In this document: positions 11,250-24,484 of the stretch, in pieces
How the letters are laid out: every line of letters starts with the position of its first letter
Position numbering within the stretch: position 1 is the first letter of the stretch
Source of the DNA: Mobula hypostoma
Taxonomy: Eukaryota
Length of the DNA: 64,000 nt
Assembly: GCF_963921235.1 (NCBI RefSeq)
Contig: NC_086108.1
Location: forward strand, 71,116,001-71,180,000
Direction: 5' to 3'
Program-made: the position numbers and the translations under genes
Notes under the pieces: generated by a model
Seen by the model: the letters and a program-made list of their open reading frames with translations, nothing else
What the model was told of the DNA's origin: nothing
The model's database searches: none

Positions 11250-13400
11250 TAGTTAAGAAAACAACCTTTCCCAATCCACACTTGGCAGATAGTTTCTGAT
11301 GCTATCAAAATTGACTTTTCTCCATTTCAGAATCTCAACCTGAGGACCAGACCAATCCTTTTCCATAATTCTCTTGAAATTAAAGGTATTATGATCTCTA
11401 GATGCAAAGTGTTCCCCTACACAAACATCTGTCATCCTTCCTGTCTCATCCCCTAACAGGAGATATAGTATTGCACTCTCTGTAGTTGGGACCTCTATGT
11501 ATTAAGGAAACCTTACTGAACGCACTTAAAAACTGTCTCTTTCAGCCCTTTACAGTTTGGAAGTCCCAGTCAATATGTGGAAAGTTAAAACCTTATACTT
11601 CTTACAACAGTCTGCAGTCACTCTACAAATTTGCTTGTCTAAATCCAGCTGACTGTTGAGTGGTCTATAGTATTATTGCATTAATGTGCTTATCCCTTTC
11701 TTATTCCTCACCTGAGTAGAAGAGGTCTCCAGCCTGTCCAGTCTATGCATTGCTGTAATGCCACCCCTCTTGCTGTATCATGGCCTAAACAATAGAACCC
11801 CGGGACACTGAGCTGCCAGTCCTGCCCCTCCTGCATCCAAGTCTCACTAATGGCTACAGGGTCATAATTCCACTTGCTGATCCATGCCCTAAGCTCATCT
11901 GCCTTCCCTACAATACGCCTTGTATTGAAATATGCACAGCTCAGAATATTCGTCCCACCATGCTCAACCTTTCGATTCTTAACTTTTTATGTAGGCTTAA
12001 CAAAATCGTTCTCACAACCACTCTACTGTTTGCTCTGGAAGGTGCTTTGGTTCTTATCCCTGCAACTCTAGATTAAACTTCCCATGCAGCATTTGCAAAC
12101 CTTCCTGCTTAGGGTATTAGTCCACCTTCCAGTTGAGGTGCAAACCATCCTGCTTGTACAGGTCCCACCTTCCCTAAAAGAGAGCCCAGTGATCCTAACA
12201 TCTGAAGCCCTCCCACCTGCACCATCTCCTTTAACCACCTGTTAAACTGTATTATCATCCTGTTTCTGGCCTCACCAGTACGTGGCATAGATACAGTCCT
12301 GAGATCACAACCCTGGAGGTCTTGTCCTTTAACTTAGCATCTAACTCCCTGAACTCACTTTGCAGGACCTCGTCACCCCTTCTACCCATGTCATTGGTAG
12401 CATCCATCATCAAGGATCCTCACCACCCAGGCCATGCTCTTTCCTTGCTGCTGCCAGCAGGTAGAAGGTACAAGTGCCTCAGGACTCGCACCACCAGGTT
12501 CAAGAACAGTTACTACCCCTCAACCCTCGGTCTCTTGAACAAAAGAGGATAACTACACCTATTCTGTTTTTGCTGTTCTCACAGTTGATGATCTCACCTC
12601 AAGGACTCTTTATCTTGTTATTTCATGCTCTCGTTATTTATTGCTATTTATTTATATTTGCAGTTGCAGTGTTTGTTGTTCATTGATTACGTTTACAGTT
12701 TCTGTTCTGTAGATTTGCTAAGTATGCCAGCAGGATGAAGAATCTCAGGGTTGTATGTGGTGGCATGTGTGTACTCTGAAAATAAATTTTACTTTGAACT
12801 TTGACCTCTGGCTGCTCAGCTTCTCACTTGAGAATTTTATGGCCTTGATTGGAAATGTCCCTCACCCTGGCACACAGGAGGCAACATATCATCCGGGAAT
12901 CTTTTTCCTATCCACAGAACCTCCTTTCTGTTCCCCTAACTAATGAATCCTCTATCACTGCAGCTTGCCTCCTCCCCACTTCCCTTCTGAGCTTCAGAGT
13001 TAGACCCAGTGTCCAAAACCTGACTGCTGTGGTTTGCTTCTCCCGGATCATTCTCCCCCCACCCCCCCAAACAGTAGCCAAAGCAGTATACCTGTTACTG
13101 AGAGAAGGGGTACTCTGCATTGGCTGCCAATCTCCTTTCTGTCTCCTGATTGTCACCCAGTTATTTATGTCCTGCACCTTGGGTGTAACTACCTCCCTGT
13201 ATTATCTGTTGATTGATCCCTCAGTCTCCCGAATGATCCTGAGTTCATTTAGCTCAAGCTCTGTTTCCTTAATAATCGCCTGTAAAAAGCTGCAGGTGGA
13301 TGCACTTCTTGCTGGTGTCAACGGGGCAAGTGGAAGTCTCCCTGCCTTCCCACATCCTGCAAGAGGAGCATTCCACTATCCTGCACTCTCCTGCACCCTT
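11250..13400 (-). mobile_element. Degenerate CR1 5' half (ORF1 esterase-like region and endonuclease)
   Basis: AAVIEDSLVRGTERRFCG (degenerate GDS.VR ORF1 motif) and VGEHFASRDHN (endonuclease). Interrupted by a Rex1/Babar 3' piece. Confidence 0.75.
12398..12804 (+). mobile_element. Rex1/Babar-like LINE 3' end
   Basis: ASIIKDPHHPGHALSLLLPAGRRY..RTRTTRFKNSYYP; tail aataaattttactttgaactttga. Confidence 0.75.
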
Positions 13401-13507
13401 TCTGAAGCCTCTGCATTGTTCCTATAATGGGATGATCAGAATTTAAGGCAGTACTCCAAATAGAAGGGAACACAAATGCCATAACTAATTGGATTGATCC
13501 AGAAGCC

Positions 13508-14362
13508 AATAGGCAATAGGTGCAGGAGTAAGCCATTCAGCCCTTCGAGCCAGCACCACCATTCACTGTGATCATGGCTGATCATCCACAATCAGTACCC
13601 TTTTCCTGTCTTCTCCCCATATCCCTTCACTCCATTATTTTTAAGAGCTCTATCTAACTCTTTTTTGAAAGAATCCAGAGAATTGGCCTTCACTGCCTTC
13701 TGAGGCAGAGCATTCCACAGAACCACAGCCCTCTGTGTGAAAAAGTTTTTCCTCAACTCCGTTCTAAATTGTCTACCCCTTATTCTTAAACTGTGGCCTC
13801 TGGTTCTGGACTCCCCCAACATTGGAAACATGTTTCCTGCCTCTAGTGTGTCCAATCCTTTATTATATGTTTCAATCAGATTCCCTCTCATCCTTCTAAA
13901 TTCCAGTGTATACAAGTCCAGTCGCTCCAATCTTTCAACATATGACAGTCCCGCCATCCCGGGAATTAACCTTGTGAAAATACGCTGCACTCCCTCAATA
14001 GCTAGAATGTCCTCCCTCAAATTTGGGGACCAAAACTATACACAATATTCCAGGTGTGGTCTCACCAGGGTCCTGTACAACTGCAGAAGGACCTCTTTGT
14101 TCCTATACTCAATTCCCCTTGTTATGAAGGCCAGCATGCCATTAGCTTTCTTCACTGCCTGCTGTACCTGCATGCTTACTTTCAGTGACTGATGAACAAG
14201 GACACCTAGATCTTGTTGTACTTTTCCTAACTTGACACCATTCAGATAGTCATCTGCCTTTCTGTTCTTGCCACCAAAGTGGATAACCTCACATTTATCC
14301 ACATTAAACTGCACCTGCCATGCATCTGCCCACTCACCCAACCTGTCCAAAACACCCTGCAT
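13508..14362 (-). mobile_element. CR1 LINE 3' fragment
   Basis: ORFs 14036..14392 and 13592..14020 (CR1 RT C-terminus); (CCTATTG)n tail. Confidence 0.9.
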
Positions 14363-14417
14363 TCTCCCCTTATTCCCAATTATCCCCATCACATGTTATA
14401 ATTATGCCACCATGGCA

Positions 14418-14830
14418 ACATATGAGGAGTGTTTGATGGCTCTGGACCTGTAGTTCAGGAATTTAGAAGAATGAGGGGGATCTCCTTGAACCTTTCTGAC
14501 TATTGAAAGGCCTAGAAAGTGGATGTGGAGAGGATGTTTCTATTCGTGGGACAGTCAAGGACTAGTGGGCACAGCCTCATGGAAAAGGAGGAATTTCTTT
14601 AGCCAATGGGTGGTGGATCTATGGAATTTATTCTGCAGGCAGCTATGAAGGCCAGTCATTGGGTGCGGTTAAAGTGAAGATTGATGGGTTCATGGTTAGT
14701 AAGGGCATGAAAGGTTCCAGGGAGAAGGCAAGAGAATGGGTGTTCAGAGGGAAAATATATCTGCCATGATTGAATAGCGGAACAGACTTTTGGGCCATTA
14801 ATCTAATTCTGCTCTTATGTTTTATTGTCT
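14418..14830 (+). mobile_element. Degenerate CR1 3' fragment
   Basis: gaatttagaagaatgagggggatctc motif and CR1-like 3' UTR. Confidence 0.7.
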
Positions 14831-14989
14831 TATTATTTCTTTTCTCGTACATACAATTATCGTTATATTGCATATATTTAAAATGCTTAGTTGTAAATGC
14901 AGTTTGAGCTCCAAATTATTACGTTACATCTGAATGGAAGTTCTGTTTTTGATTCCTCCACTGATGGCATTAACTTGTATATTTGCCAG

Positions 14990-15171
14990 GCTATTGGTGG
15001 CCAAGCCCCGAGGAATCTAATGGATCATTTTGCTGAGATACTGTTTGCTTTGAACAAGCATTGTGTTACCTACTTGAGCATTTGGTTAAAGGAAGTGATG
15101 CAGCAACAGAATTTTCCATCAAGTCGCCTTACTCAGATACAAAAAGAAACATTTAGTCAACAAATTTTAAG
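14990..15171 (+). CDS. IPO13: Importin-13 penultimate coding exon (AIGGQAPRNLMDHFAEILFALNKHCVTYLSIWLKEVMQQQNFPSSRLTQIQKETFSQQILR)
   Basis: ttgccag| acceptor, ag|gtatgt donor, 182 nt. Lies in ORF 14897..15205; strong match to the IPO13 C-terminus. Confidence 0.96.
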
Positions 15172-15275
15172 GTATGTATGTTCAAAATGCATGAGGGAAA
15201 GCTAGTCCTTATATGTGGAAAATTAATTGTAAGTTAGTTTTATAGTATCTCTTTGTATGCCATTTCAGTATGTAT

Positions 15276-15655
15276 ACAGTCAGTGGGCAGCTGTACACCT
15301 GCTCATTAATGCAAATATCTAATCAGCTGTGCAAAGCATAGAAGCATGCAGACCAAACATCAGAATGGGCAAGACATGTAATCTAAGTGACTTTGATTAT
15401 GAAATAGTTGTTGGTACTAGATGGCATGTTTGATTGTCTGAGAAACTGCTGGTCCCTTGGGATTTTCATGCACAACAGTCTAGAGTTTATAGAGAGTGGT
15501 GTGAAATATCAGTGATCAGAGGAGAATGCCAGACTGTTTCAAGCTGACAGGAAGCTGACCATAACTCAAATAACTACATGTGATAAAGTGGTGTGCAGAA
15601 AAGCATCTTTGAACACACAACATGTTGAACCTTGAAGTGGATGGGCTACAGCAGC
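15276..15655 (+). mobile_element. Non-autonomous Tc1/mariner-like relic; related copies at 25836-26379 (-) and 36642-37180 (rearranged)
   Basis: Blocks shared by all three copies (gcaaatatctaatcagc, caagctgacaggaag, gtggtgtgcagaa); termini resembling aataaagtggccactgagtgta. Confidence 0.65.
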
Positions 15656-15856
15656 AAAGCCCAAGAATTCGCTGGAGATGGATATTTCAGAAGTTACAGA
15701 TCGTCACAGTGTCGAAACAATGTGAGTGAGGAACATTGTAACCAGTCCATCTTCTGACCCTTTTGTTCCAGCCCCACCAATGAGTAAAGCCACTCTTTAA
15801 TTTTTGGATTCCTGTGTTTTTTTTTCCTCCCTTAGTCACAGTAAAGTCAAGCATTG

Positions 15857-16392
15857 TGATCACAGTCCTGGATGCATGGGCTAGAGATCTGTGTCCAAAA
15901 TCCAGGTCAGCTTTGTCCCATAGCTTTGTGATCACAGTACTGGATGCACAGACCAAAGATTTGTGTCCAGGCTCCAGAAACTATGTCCAACTTCGTCATT
16001 ACACATGCGGGGATCTACGTCCACGCTCAGGAATTGAATCGCGGTCAAACTACCTGATGCATGGTGCAGGGATCTACGTCTGCATCCTGGAGCTGAGTCC
16101 CGGTCACAGTATTGGGTGCACGTTGCAGGGATCTACGTCTGCATCCTGGAGCTGAATCCCGGTCACAGTATTGGGTGCATGTTGCAGGTGTCTACGTCTG
16201 CATCCTGGAGCTGAGTTCCGGTCACAGTATTGGGTGCACGTTGCAGGGATCTACGTCTGCATCCTGGAGCTGAGTCCCGGTCACAGTATTGGGTGCACGT
16301 TGCAGGGATCTACGTCTGCATCCTGGAGCTGAGTCCCGGTCACAGTATTGGGTGCACAGTGCAGGGATCTACGTCTGCACTCCAGAGCCGAA
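15857..16392. repeat. 59-bp minisatellite: 5 near-identical units from 16069, one partial unit, and degenerate units upstream
   Basis: Unit gggatctacgtctgcatcctggagctgagtcccggtcacagtattgggtgcacgttgca starts at 16069, 16128, 16187, 16246, 16305 and 16364 (partial). Confidence 0.95.
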
Positions 16393-16837
16393 TCGTCAAA
16401 CCAGTTTCACTAAGGCTATTTTGTGAGGAGGGAGACATGACCCAGGGTAAGGAACTAAACTCCCCACAGCTGACTTACTTCCTTCAGGATAGTGATTGAA
16501 GGACAGCAAACTGCTGTCTGTGCCACACAACTTCCAAAGGAGCGAGAGCTGCCTTCAGTCAGTGAAGGAGGATGAGAGGTGTACAAGATGATTGGGTGGA
16601 CAGCCAGAGCCTTTTTCCCAGGAGAGAAATGATCGACTCCATTTCTTGTCGATCGAAGCTCTGAGAAAGATTGAAATCATCGAGAGTACGCTGCTTAAAC
16701 ATTTGCAGTCTAGGTTCAAAAAAGTATGTGAACCTCTGGGCTAATGCCGTCTACAAAAGCTATTTGGAGTCAGGTGTTCCAATCAATGAGATGAGATTGG
16801 AGGTGTGGGTTGTAAAGATGCCCTGCCCTATATAAAA

Positions 16838-16984
<147 letters not shown>

Positions 16985-18224
16985 CAGATTACTGATGGAG
17001 CCTGCTCTTCTCAGTAATGATCTGTTTATGTGCACTATGTCTCGATCAAAACAAGTTTCAGAGGATCTTGGAAGAAGAATTGTAGAGAAGCATGAAGCTG
17101 GAAAAAGCTATAGAACCATTTCTAAAGACCTGAATGTTCATCAGTCTTCAGTAAGAGAAATTGTCTACAAATGGAGGAAATTCAGTACTGTTGCTAGTCT
17201 TCCTAGGAGTGCATCCTGCAAAGATCACACCAAGAGCATAACTTGCAATGGTGAAGGATTTGTAAAAGAACCCAAGGTAACATCCAAGGACCTGCAGAAA
17301 TCTCTAGAACTTGGTAAAGTCTCTGTTCATGTGTCCACTATAAGGAAAACGCCAAACAAGAATGGTGTTCATGGAAGGACAGCACGGAGGAAACCACTGC
17401 TCTCCAAAAAAAACATTGCTGCACCTCTCAGTTTGCAAAAGACCACCTGGCTGTTCCACAACGCTTATGGGACAATGCTCTGTGGACAGTTGAGGCATAA
17501 GTCGAGATTCTTGACAGAAATGCACACCACTATGTTTGGGGGAGAGAAAAGGGCACTGCACACCAACACCAAAACTTCATCCCAACTGCAAAATCATTTT
17601 GGAAGGAGCATCATGGTTTGGGGATGCTTTGCTGCCTCAGGGCCTGGACAGCTTGCAATCATTGAGGGAACAATGGATTCAAAATTCACATGAGAATGTC
17701 AGGATAGTGATCTGTCACCTGAAGCGAGGTGATGCAACAAGACAATGATCTGAAACACAAGAGTATATCAACAACAGAATGGATTAAGAAGAAGAAAATC
17801 TGTGTTTTGAAATGGCCAGGTCAGAGGCCAGACCTTAACCCAACTGAGAGGCTGTGGCATGACCTGAAGAGGGCTGTTCGTGCAAGGTATCCCAGAAATA
17901 TTGTTGAACTGAAAAAGTTTTGTATGGAGGAATGGTCTAAAATTCCTCTCGGCCATTGTGCAGGTCCGATCAGCAGCTTTAGAAAATGATTGTTAGAGGT
18001 TATTGCTGCTAAGGGAGGTTCTGCCAGTTATTAAATACAAGGAATCATATACTTTTACTAAGCAAAACTGTGAATGATTAAACAATGTGTTCAATAAAGA
18101 GATGAAAAGTACAACTGTTTGTGTGATACTAATTTAGGCAGATTGTGTCTATTATTGTTTCTTGGATGAACATCACCACATTTTATGAGTAAGTAATGCA
18201 GAAAACCAAATAACTACAAAGAAA

Positions 18225-19580
18225 GCATCCATGATGGTTTTCTTGAGCAGCATGTTCGCAGCTTGTTCCTCAAGGGAAAATGCTATCTTAGATCTAGTCC
18301 TGTGCAATGAGACAGGTAAGATTAACAACCTTGTAGTCAGGGATCCTCTTAGAAAGAGTGATCATAGTATGATTGAATTTCGCATACAGATTGAGGATGA
18401 AATAGATCTAAAACTAGTGTATTAGGCTTGAACAAGGGAGACTACAACAGGATGAGGGAGGAGTTGGCTAATGTGGATTGGGAGCACAGGCTATTTGGTA
18501 GGACAGTTGAGGGAACAGTGGAATACTTTCAAAGAGATTTTTCACAGTGTTCAACAAAAGTATATTCCAGTCAAAAGTAAGGACAGTAAGTGTGGGGAGA
18601 GCCAACCTTGGATAACTGAGGAAGAGGGGACTGAGTGTAGGGTAGCAAAATTTGCTGATGACACTGAACTGAGTGGAAAAGCAAATTGTACAGAGGAGGT
18701 GGAGAGGCTGCAGAGGGATATAGATAGGTTAACTGAGTGGGTCAAGGTCTGGCAGCTGGAATACAACATTGGTAAATGAGAGATCATCCACTTTGGAAGG
18801 AATAATAGAAGAGCAGATTATTATTTAAATGGTGAAAGATTGCAGCATGCTGTTGTACAGAGGGACTTGGGAGTGTTTGTTCATGAATCACAAGAAGTTG
18901 GCTTGCAGGTGCAACAGGTTATTAAGAAGGCAAATGGAATGTTGGCCTTCATTGCTAGAGGGATTGAATCCAGGAGCAAGGAGGTCATGCTGGAACTGTA
19001 CAGGGTACTGGTGAGGCTGCACCTGGAGTACTGTGTGCAGTTCTGGTCTCCATACTTGAGGGAGGATATACTGGCTTTGGAGGCAGTGCAGAGGAGGCTC
19101 ACTAGGTTGATTCCAGAGGTGAAGGGGTTAACCTATGAGGAGCGATTGAGTCGCTTGGGACTATACTCTCTGGAGTTCAGAAGAATGAGAGGGGATCTTG
19201 TAGAAACATATAAAATTGTGAAAGGAATAGATAAGATAGAAGTAGGAAAGTTGTTTCCATTGGTGAGTGAGACGAGAACCAGGGGACATTGCCTCAAGGT
19301 TCAGGGGAGGAGATTTAGGATGGAGATGAGGAGAAACTGTTTTTCTCAGAGAGTGGTGAATCTGTGGAATTCTCTGCCTAGGGAAGCAGTTGAGGCTTCT
19401 TCACTAAATATATTTAGGATATAGTTAGATAAATGTTTATGTAGTAGGGGATTTAAGGGTTATGGGGAAAAGGCAGGTAGATGGAGCTGAGTTTACGGAC
19501 AGATCAGCCATGATCTTATTGAATGGCGGGGCAGGCTCGATGGGCCAGATGGCCTACTCCTTCTATTTCTTATGTTCTTA
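18225..19580 (+). mobile_element. Internally deleted CR1 LINE nested in the Tc1 right end
   Basis: Endonuclease piece ILDLVLCNE..SDH and PWIT joined directly to EEGTEC..KFADD; CR1 3' UTR and (TTCTTATG)n tail. Confidence 0.9.
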
Positions 19581-19665
19581 TGAGTTCACAAACATTTTCT
19601 TGCAACTGTACCTGTTCATCTTTTGTAAGTAGTTATCAAAAATACAAATATTTTGCACTTCTCTA

Positions 19666-20531
19666 TGTTACATGCTCAAGGAGATCTTTTTTTTGTGAGA
19701 ATGATGTAATGGTCTTTTGGAGGTCACCTGATGTGATTTTCCCGCTGGTGAGGTCACGTGATGACATGCGCCCTGTGACTATACAAGGGTCGACTCAGAT
19801 GACGCAGTAGGTTTTTGAGTTTGTAGATTTCCAGGTAGAACGTGTTGTGCCTCCGTTTCTGTTGCGTGTTTGTTTTTGTGATGTAGTTTCATTTTTAAAA
19901 TGGAAGGTGTGTGCTCTTACAAGGTATTGTATTTGGACTGGAAATTTGTGGCTGGAAGTGCCAATTTACTCAATTCCGACAGTTTTGAAGGGAGAGTGAA
20001 GAATTCATCGGTGAAGGATCGAGAGAAGTTGGCATCGTTTGGCAGTTTAATAAAGAATTGACCTTATTGAGTCTTCGTTGGAGAGAACCTGCATTGAGAT
20101 AACTCTTGCAAAAGTGCAATGAGTTCATGCAAAAAGGTGCTCTCTCTCTAAAAGGAATTTAAGGTCAGTCGATTTAAACTGTTTATTTTCAGCATCGGGA
20201 ATCCTGTGGACAGAACCAGCAGGAAAGGTGCGTCTGTGAAGAAATCCTTCTCCAGAGAAGTCTCTCCCAATTGAATGTGTAAAACTGTTGGATTTTTGAA
20301 GTTATCGCTTTAAGAACTATATCTGACTGTACCGCTTTAAGAACTGGTTTCGCATTTAACGCTTTAAGAACCAGAGCCGAGTGGAGTTGGGGAACGGCTG
20401 CGTACCTATTAACCTCCAGTTAAAGTTTTCCTTTGTTTTTTTTCCTTATCATTTATACATGTTTAATAAATGTTTGGTTGTTTTTATAAAACCCGCCTCG
20501 ATTAATATTCACTGTTGCCGGTTACGTAACA
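19666..20531 (+). mobile_element. Solo LTR, 866 bp, TGTTAC...GTAACA termini, 4-bp TSD TCTA
   Basis: Inverted termini; TCTA at 19662-19665 and 20532-20535; AATAAA at 20465; more CpG than flanks. Confidence 0.85.
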
Positions 20532-21635
20532 TCTATAATTTTGGTAAATGTTAATCCGTTCACATATTGAAATTTTGCGAAGCTAAGCTTTATTTTTGGG
20601 TTTGAGGACTTTTATTCTTCTTGACTTGGCTTCAATACAATCATTGTAAGGGGTGTTACAAGAGATGTTTCTATTCATTATATCTGTACTCTTCATCAAT
20701 TTGCATCTGGTATATGCAGCACCATGCATGTAAGTTAGGTAAATATGAATTTAGGTTTAAACAAATTAATTGCCAATTGACATTACTTGTAATTGATCTA
20801 AGTCCATTTGAACATTTTTAAAAATTCAGCAAATATCTTAAATAAGCCCTTTTTTATATCACGTATCAAATTGTTACTATCAGTACGTGTCTGGTAGACA
20901 ATAGGGCAATAAGCTCAGGCTTTCTAATAAGGCAAAATACCTTCTCATTTATTGGGAATGAGATCTGAATCTCATGGGCAGCATTCATGTTAGCAGTCTT
21001 CACCTGAGTCTTCACTATAAAAGCATTTTAATGATTTTGTTTTCCTTTCTGCTAAGAAAATGATTTTTGCTTCTCCAGTTACCCCACAAATAAAATATTG
21101 CATGCACAATGAACAACAATTTCCTTGAGATGTAGTGAAGTCTGCAACTCCTGTAAAAATAGTATTGGCTTTTCTGTAATGTTTCAAAGATTTCATAGGT
21201 TGAGAAGAACAGGCAATTCTTCCTACCTAGGAGGTGCCAGCCTATATAATTGGGGTAAATAAGCAAAATTGAAAGCACCAAAGCAATATTTTGTGGGTGC
21301 TGGAAATCTGATATGAAGTCAATAATTGTTCAAATGGTTATTGTCTGAAAACGTTGATTCTGGAAATCTGTAAAGATGGGAAGCTGGGGTACTTTTCTTT
21401 GAGAAATAATGCTGGAGATGTTCAGCATTTCAAGTAACATCTGTGTGTGTGTGTGTGTGAATGAGGGAGACAGACAGAATAAATGATTTGGGTCAATTTC
21501 ATGCACTGAAGGGCATAGCAGCATAGCGGTGAATGCTTCTGCCCGATGTCTCGAATGGCCTGGGTTTGGTCATGCCCTCTGCTGCTGTCTGTGCAGGGTG
21601 TGCATGTTTGTCCTATGACTGCATACATCCTGCAT

Positions 21636-22083
21636 TACAGGAAGGGTGTTAGGCTTTTGGAGAGGGTGCAGAGGAGGTCCATCAGGATGTTGGCTGGATT
21701 AAAGAGTGTTAGCTATAAGGAGAGGTTAGACAGATCTGGATTGCTTTCTTTGGAGGGTTAGAGGCTCAAATTTATCTGAAGGAAGTATATAAAATTGTGA
21801 GAGACATAGGTGGGGCAGATGGAGTCTGTTTCCTAGGGTGAAAATGTCAAACACTGGACTACATGAGTTTAAGGTTGGGGGGTTATTCACAAGGGAAGTT
21901 TTGTTACACAGAGATCGGTAGGTGACTGGTAAAGTGGTGGAGATGGGTATATTAGCAACATTTGAGATGCTTGGGCTGTGAAAAGAAGGATATGGACTAT
22001 ATGTGGGCTGGTGCAATTAATTAGATTGGCACAGGCATTATGGGTCATAGGGCCTGTTCCTATGCTGTAATGTTTTATGTTCT
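21636..22083 (+). mobile_element. Degenerate CR1 3' fragment
   Basis: YRKGVRLLERVQRR..SYKERLDR; CR1 3' UTR gggcctgttcctatgctgta. Confidence 0.7.
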
Positions 22084-23310
22084 GAAGGGACTGAAATTCT
22101 CAAATTCCGGATGATAACTTGAAGCAGGAGGAGGACTAAAATCTAAATAAATAGATAAGGGATTGGCCTGAAAACTTTAACAAAATAGAAAGGCTTTATC
22201 AATCTTGTAAGAGCCCAGTGGTTTTCAGCCACTTTCAATACCTTAAGTAGCTATGGAGTCAATTATGTATTGTATGTCTAAATGGAAACAAAATGCATGC
22301 ACTTACAGCCTAAAATATGAAAAGGACACTGAAAAAGCCTAGACACATTTCAGTGTCTGGAAGAAGTCATTAAACAGAAGGTGCACCATGGGCTAACATA
22401 TTAATATCATTTTTTGGGTTCAACATTGCACAATTCTGCAGAATTTGAGGCTAGAAAGTGGAGGGTGATCGGATTAAGAGGGGGTGGGGCTTTGTACTGT
22501 TGTTGAGGTGCTGGAGTGTCAGGTTGATGGAACTTGGTGGGATCTTTGATGGGAAGTTGCCACAAAATGGCTGTCTTTAATTTAATGTGGACCTGCCTGT
22601 TTTCAGCACTGGGCTCCATGTCCTGAAATCTGCTCAGGCACATTCCCTTTTAAGATGAAGCATGATTTGTTTTCTATATCACTGCTCTAACTTGATTAGG
22701 TGCTCGTAGGGCATGTGTGCAAACATAGAAAGAAGGGGTCTTCGCTGCATGCATTAGACACATGGTGTATGTACAAATGCCTCATGCATTAAGGGTCTGG
22801 AAGGAAAATTGTATATTTTGGGGAACAGGCAATCAGACTTGCATTGACCTTCACAAGTGATTTTCCCACAAAAATATTTTTGCGCAGCACATTTTAACAT
22901 AGAATATTTAAAATATTGCACAGACCAGGACCTGCTGAAGTGTGAACTGCCATTATTTTTGTTCAAATATGATTACAGTCTAAAAAATGTGAGCAGTGAT
23001 TATTTTATTGTCTTTAGATACTTAGTTTTTTTTTAAAGTACTTCAAGTAGATTCTATGTAATTTGACTGAGTTGGCTTTCAATAACAAAAGTGCTGTAGT
23101 ACTAAAGGTAATAATATCATCTTTGAAACCAAAGTTATAAGCCTTTAATTTTAAGCAGATCTTCATTTCCGGTGTTTAGTATCAAACTGTATGCCAGAGT
23201 CATAAGACAGGAAGTTAAAGTAATTCTGTACTGTAGGTGAATACATTACAAATTGATTGCTTTGTGCTTTTGGAATAATGCTGCAAAATAACTTTATTGC
23301 TGTTTTACAG

Positions 23311-23407
23311 AGATCGAGTAAATAAGAGAAGAGTAAAGGACATTGTTAAGGAGTTCACATTACTGTGCAGGGGTCTTCACGGCACAGAGTATGCAGCCGA
23401 GTACTGA
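23311..23407 (+). CDS. IPO13: Importin-13 terminal coding exon (DRVNKRRVKDIVKEFTLLCRGLHGTEYAAEY*)
   Basis: ttttacag| acceptor, TGA at 23405-23407. Matches recalled human ERVNKRRVKEMVKEFTLLCRGLHGTDYTADY*. Confidence 0.96.
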
Positions 23408-24478
23408 AGCTGAGTATTTATGTTGAAGTGTCACTCCTTACTAGCATGCTTCCTGCATTCTCAACACGTTTGCACCGTTTCCTTCTGTAAAAATGCATTC
23501 TAGTGTAAAAGATGTGTTTTTAAAGCATCAAATAAGCTTGTGTTTGCACCACACGATTTGAGAAAAGAATACCTGCTCTCATACGTAGCCATATTATGAG
23601 GCATTTTTTTAAAGTGACCAGTCATAGGACTGGGTCATTTAATAGAGGGAAATGTGCCGGGGAACTTATGGCATAAGCTGCCCCTGACTTGTAAGTAATT
23701 TGTGTACATGTTTTGTGTCATAATTAAAGCTTTATGGAAGCAATATAACTTGCTGCTGGAGTCCTGTGATTTTTGGCACTTTGTAAACACAACAATATTT
23801 TTTTGAGGGAGCTAATCCCAGATGATTCAACTGTGGAATATTACTGGTGATGCTGCTACAATGTCTCAAACCATTTTAAACAAATTTAGAATTTTAGTTT
23901 ATTTTTTCATTTTAATTTAATTATGGATGTGATGTGGATTCCTGTTGTAATGTAAAAGTTGAGGATGGTGCAACAATCTGAGAGTTTAAAACATTATTTG
24001 CAACTGTAACAATAGCTATTTGAGTTTCAAAACTTTATACGCTAACTCAAAAGAAGCTCACTGGAGAAATTTAATGGAACTTGCAGTCATCCAATCTGAG
24101 AGAGAGATTGATTTGGCCTAGGTAAAGGATCTGATAGATCCCACAATAGGGATAATTAAATCAATAAACTGACAAAAAGCAGCAAAACTGCTAAAGCTTT
24201 GAGGCTCTGAAAGCTTTGTTACAGCCCTATTTCATTTTGCATCTTTTAAACCTTTGTAATGTACAGTACATTCTCTGTGCTACTTTCTGTCAGAAAGGGT
24301 ATCATCTTGATGTAACTCCAAGCTATACTTGTGTTCATGTAACTTATTTACCTGTTCTAGATTTTCTAGAAGATCCACAAAAACATGGTATCTAATATAG
24401 TCTGGAAATAATATAGGAAGCCCACTAGTGAAATCTTGATGAGAAATTACACTGCAGCCAATTTGTTTTCTATTGTGA

Positions 24479-24484
24479 AATAAA
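24479..24484 (+). terminator. IPO13: Likely IPO13 polyadenylation signal (3' UTR about 1.1 kb); alternative AATAAA at 24646
   Basis: First AATAAA after the stop, followed about 15 nt later by a GT/T-rich tract (tgtgtgacttttttttc). No recognisable TE between stop and signal. Confidence 0.6.

Noticed and set aside
16009..16392. CRISPR-like array
   Set aside because: Units are contiguous with no unique spacers, there are no cas genes, and the context is a vertebrate intron. It is a minisatellite.
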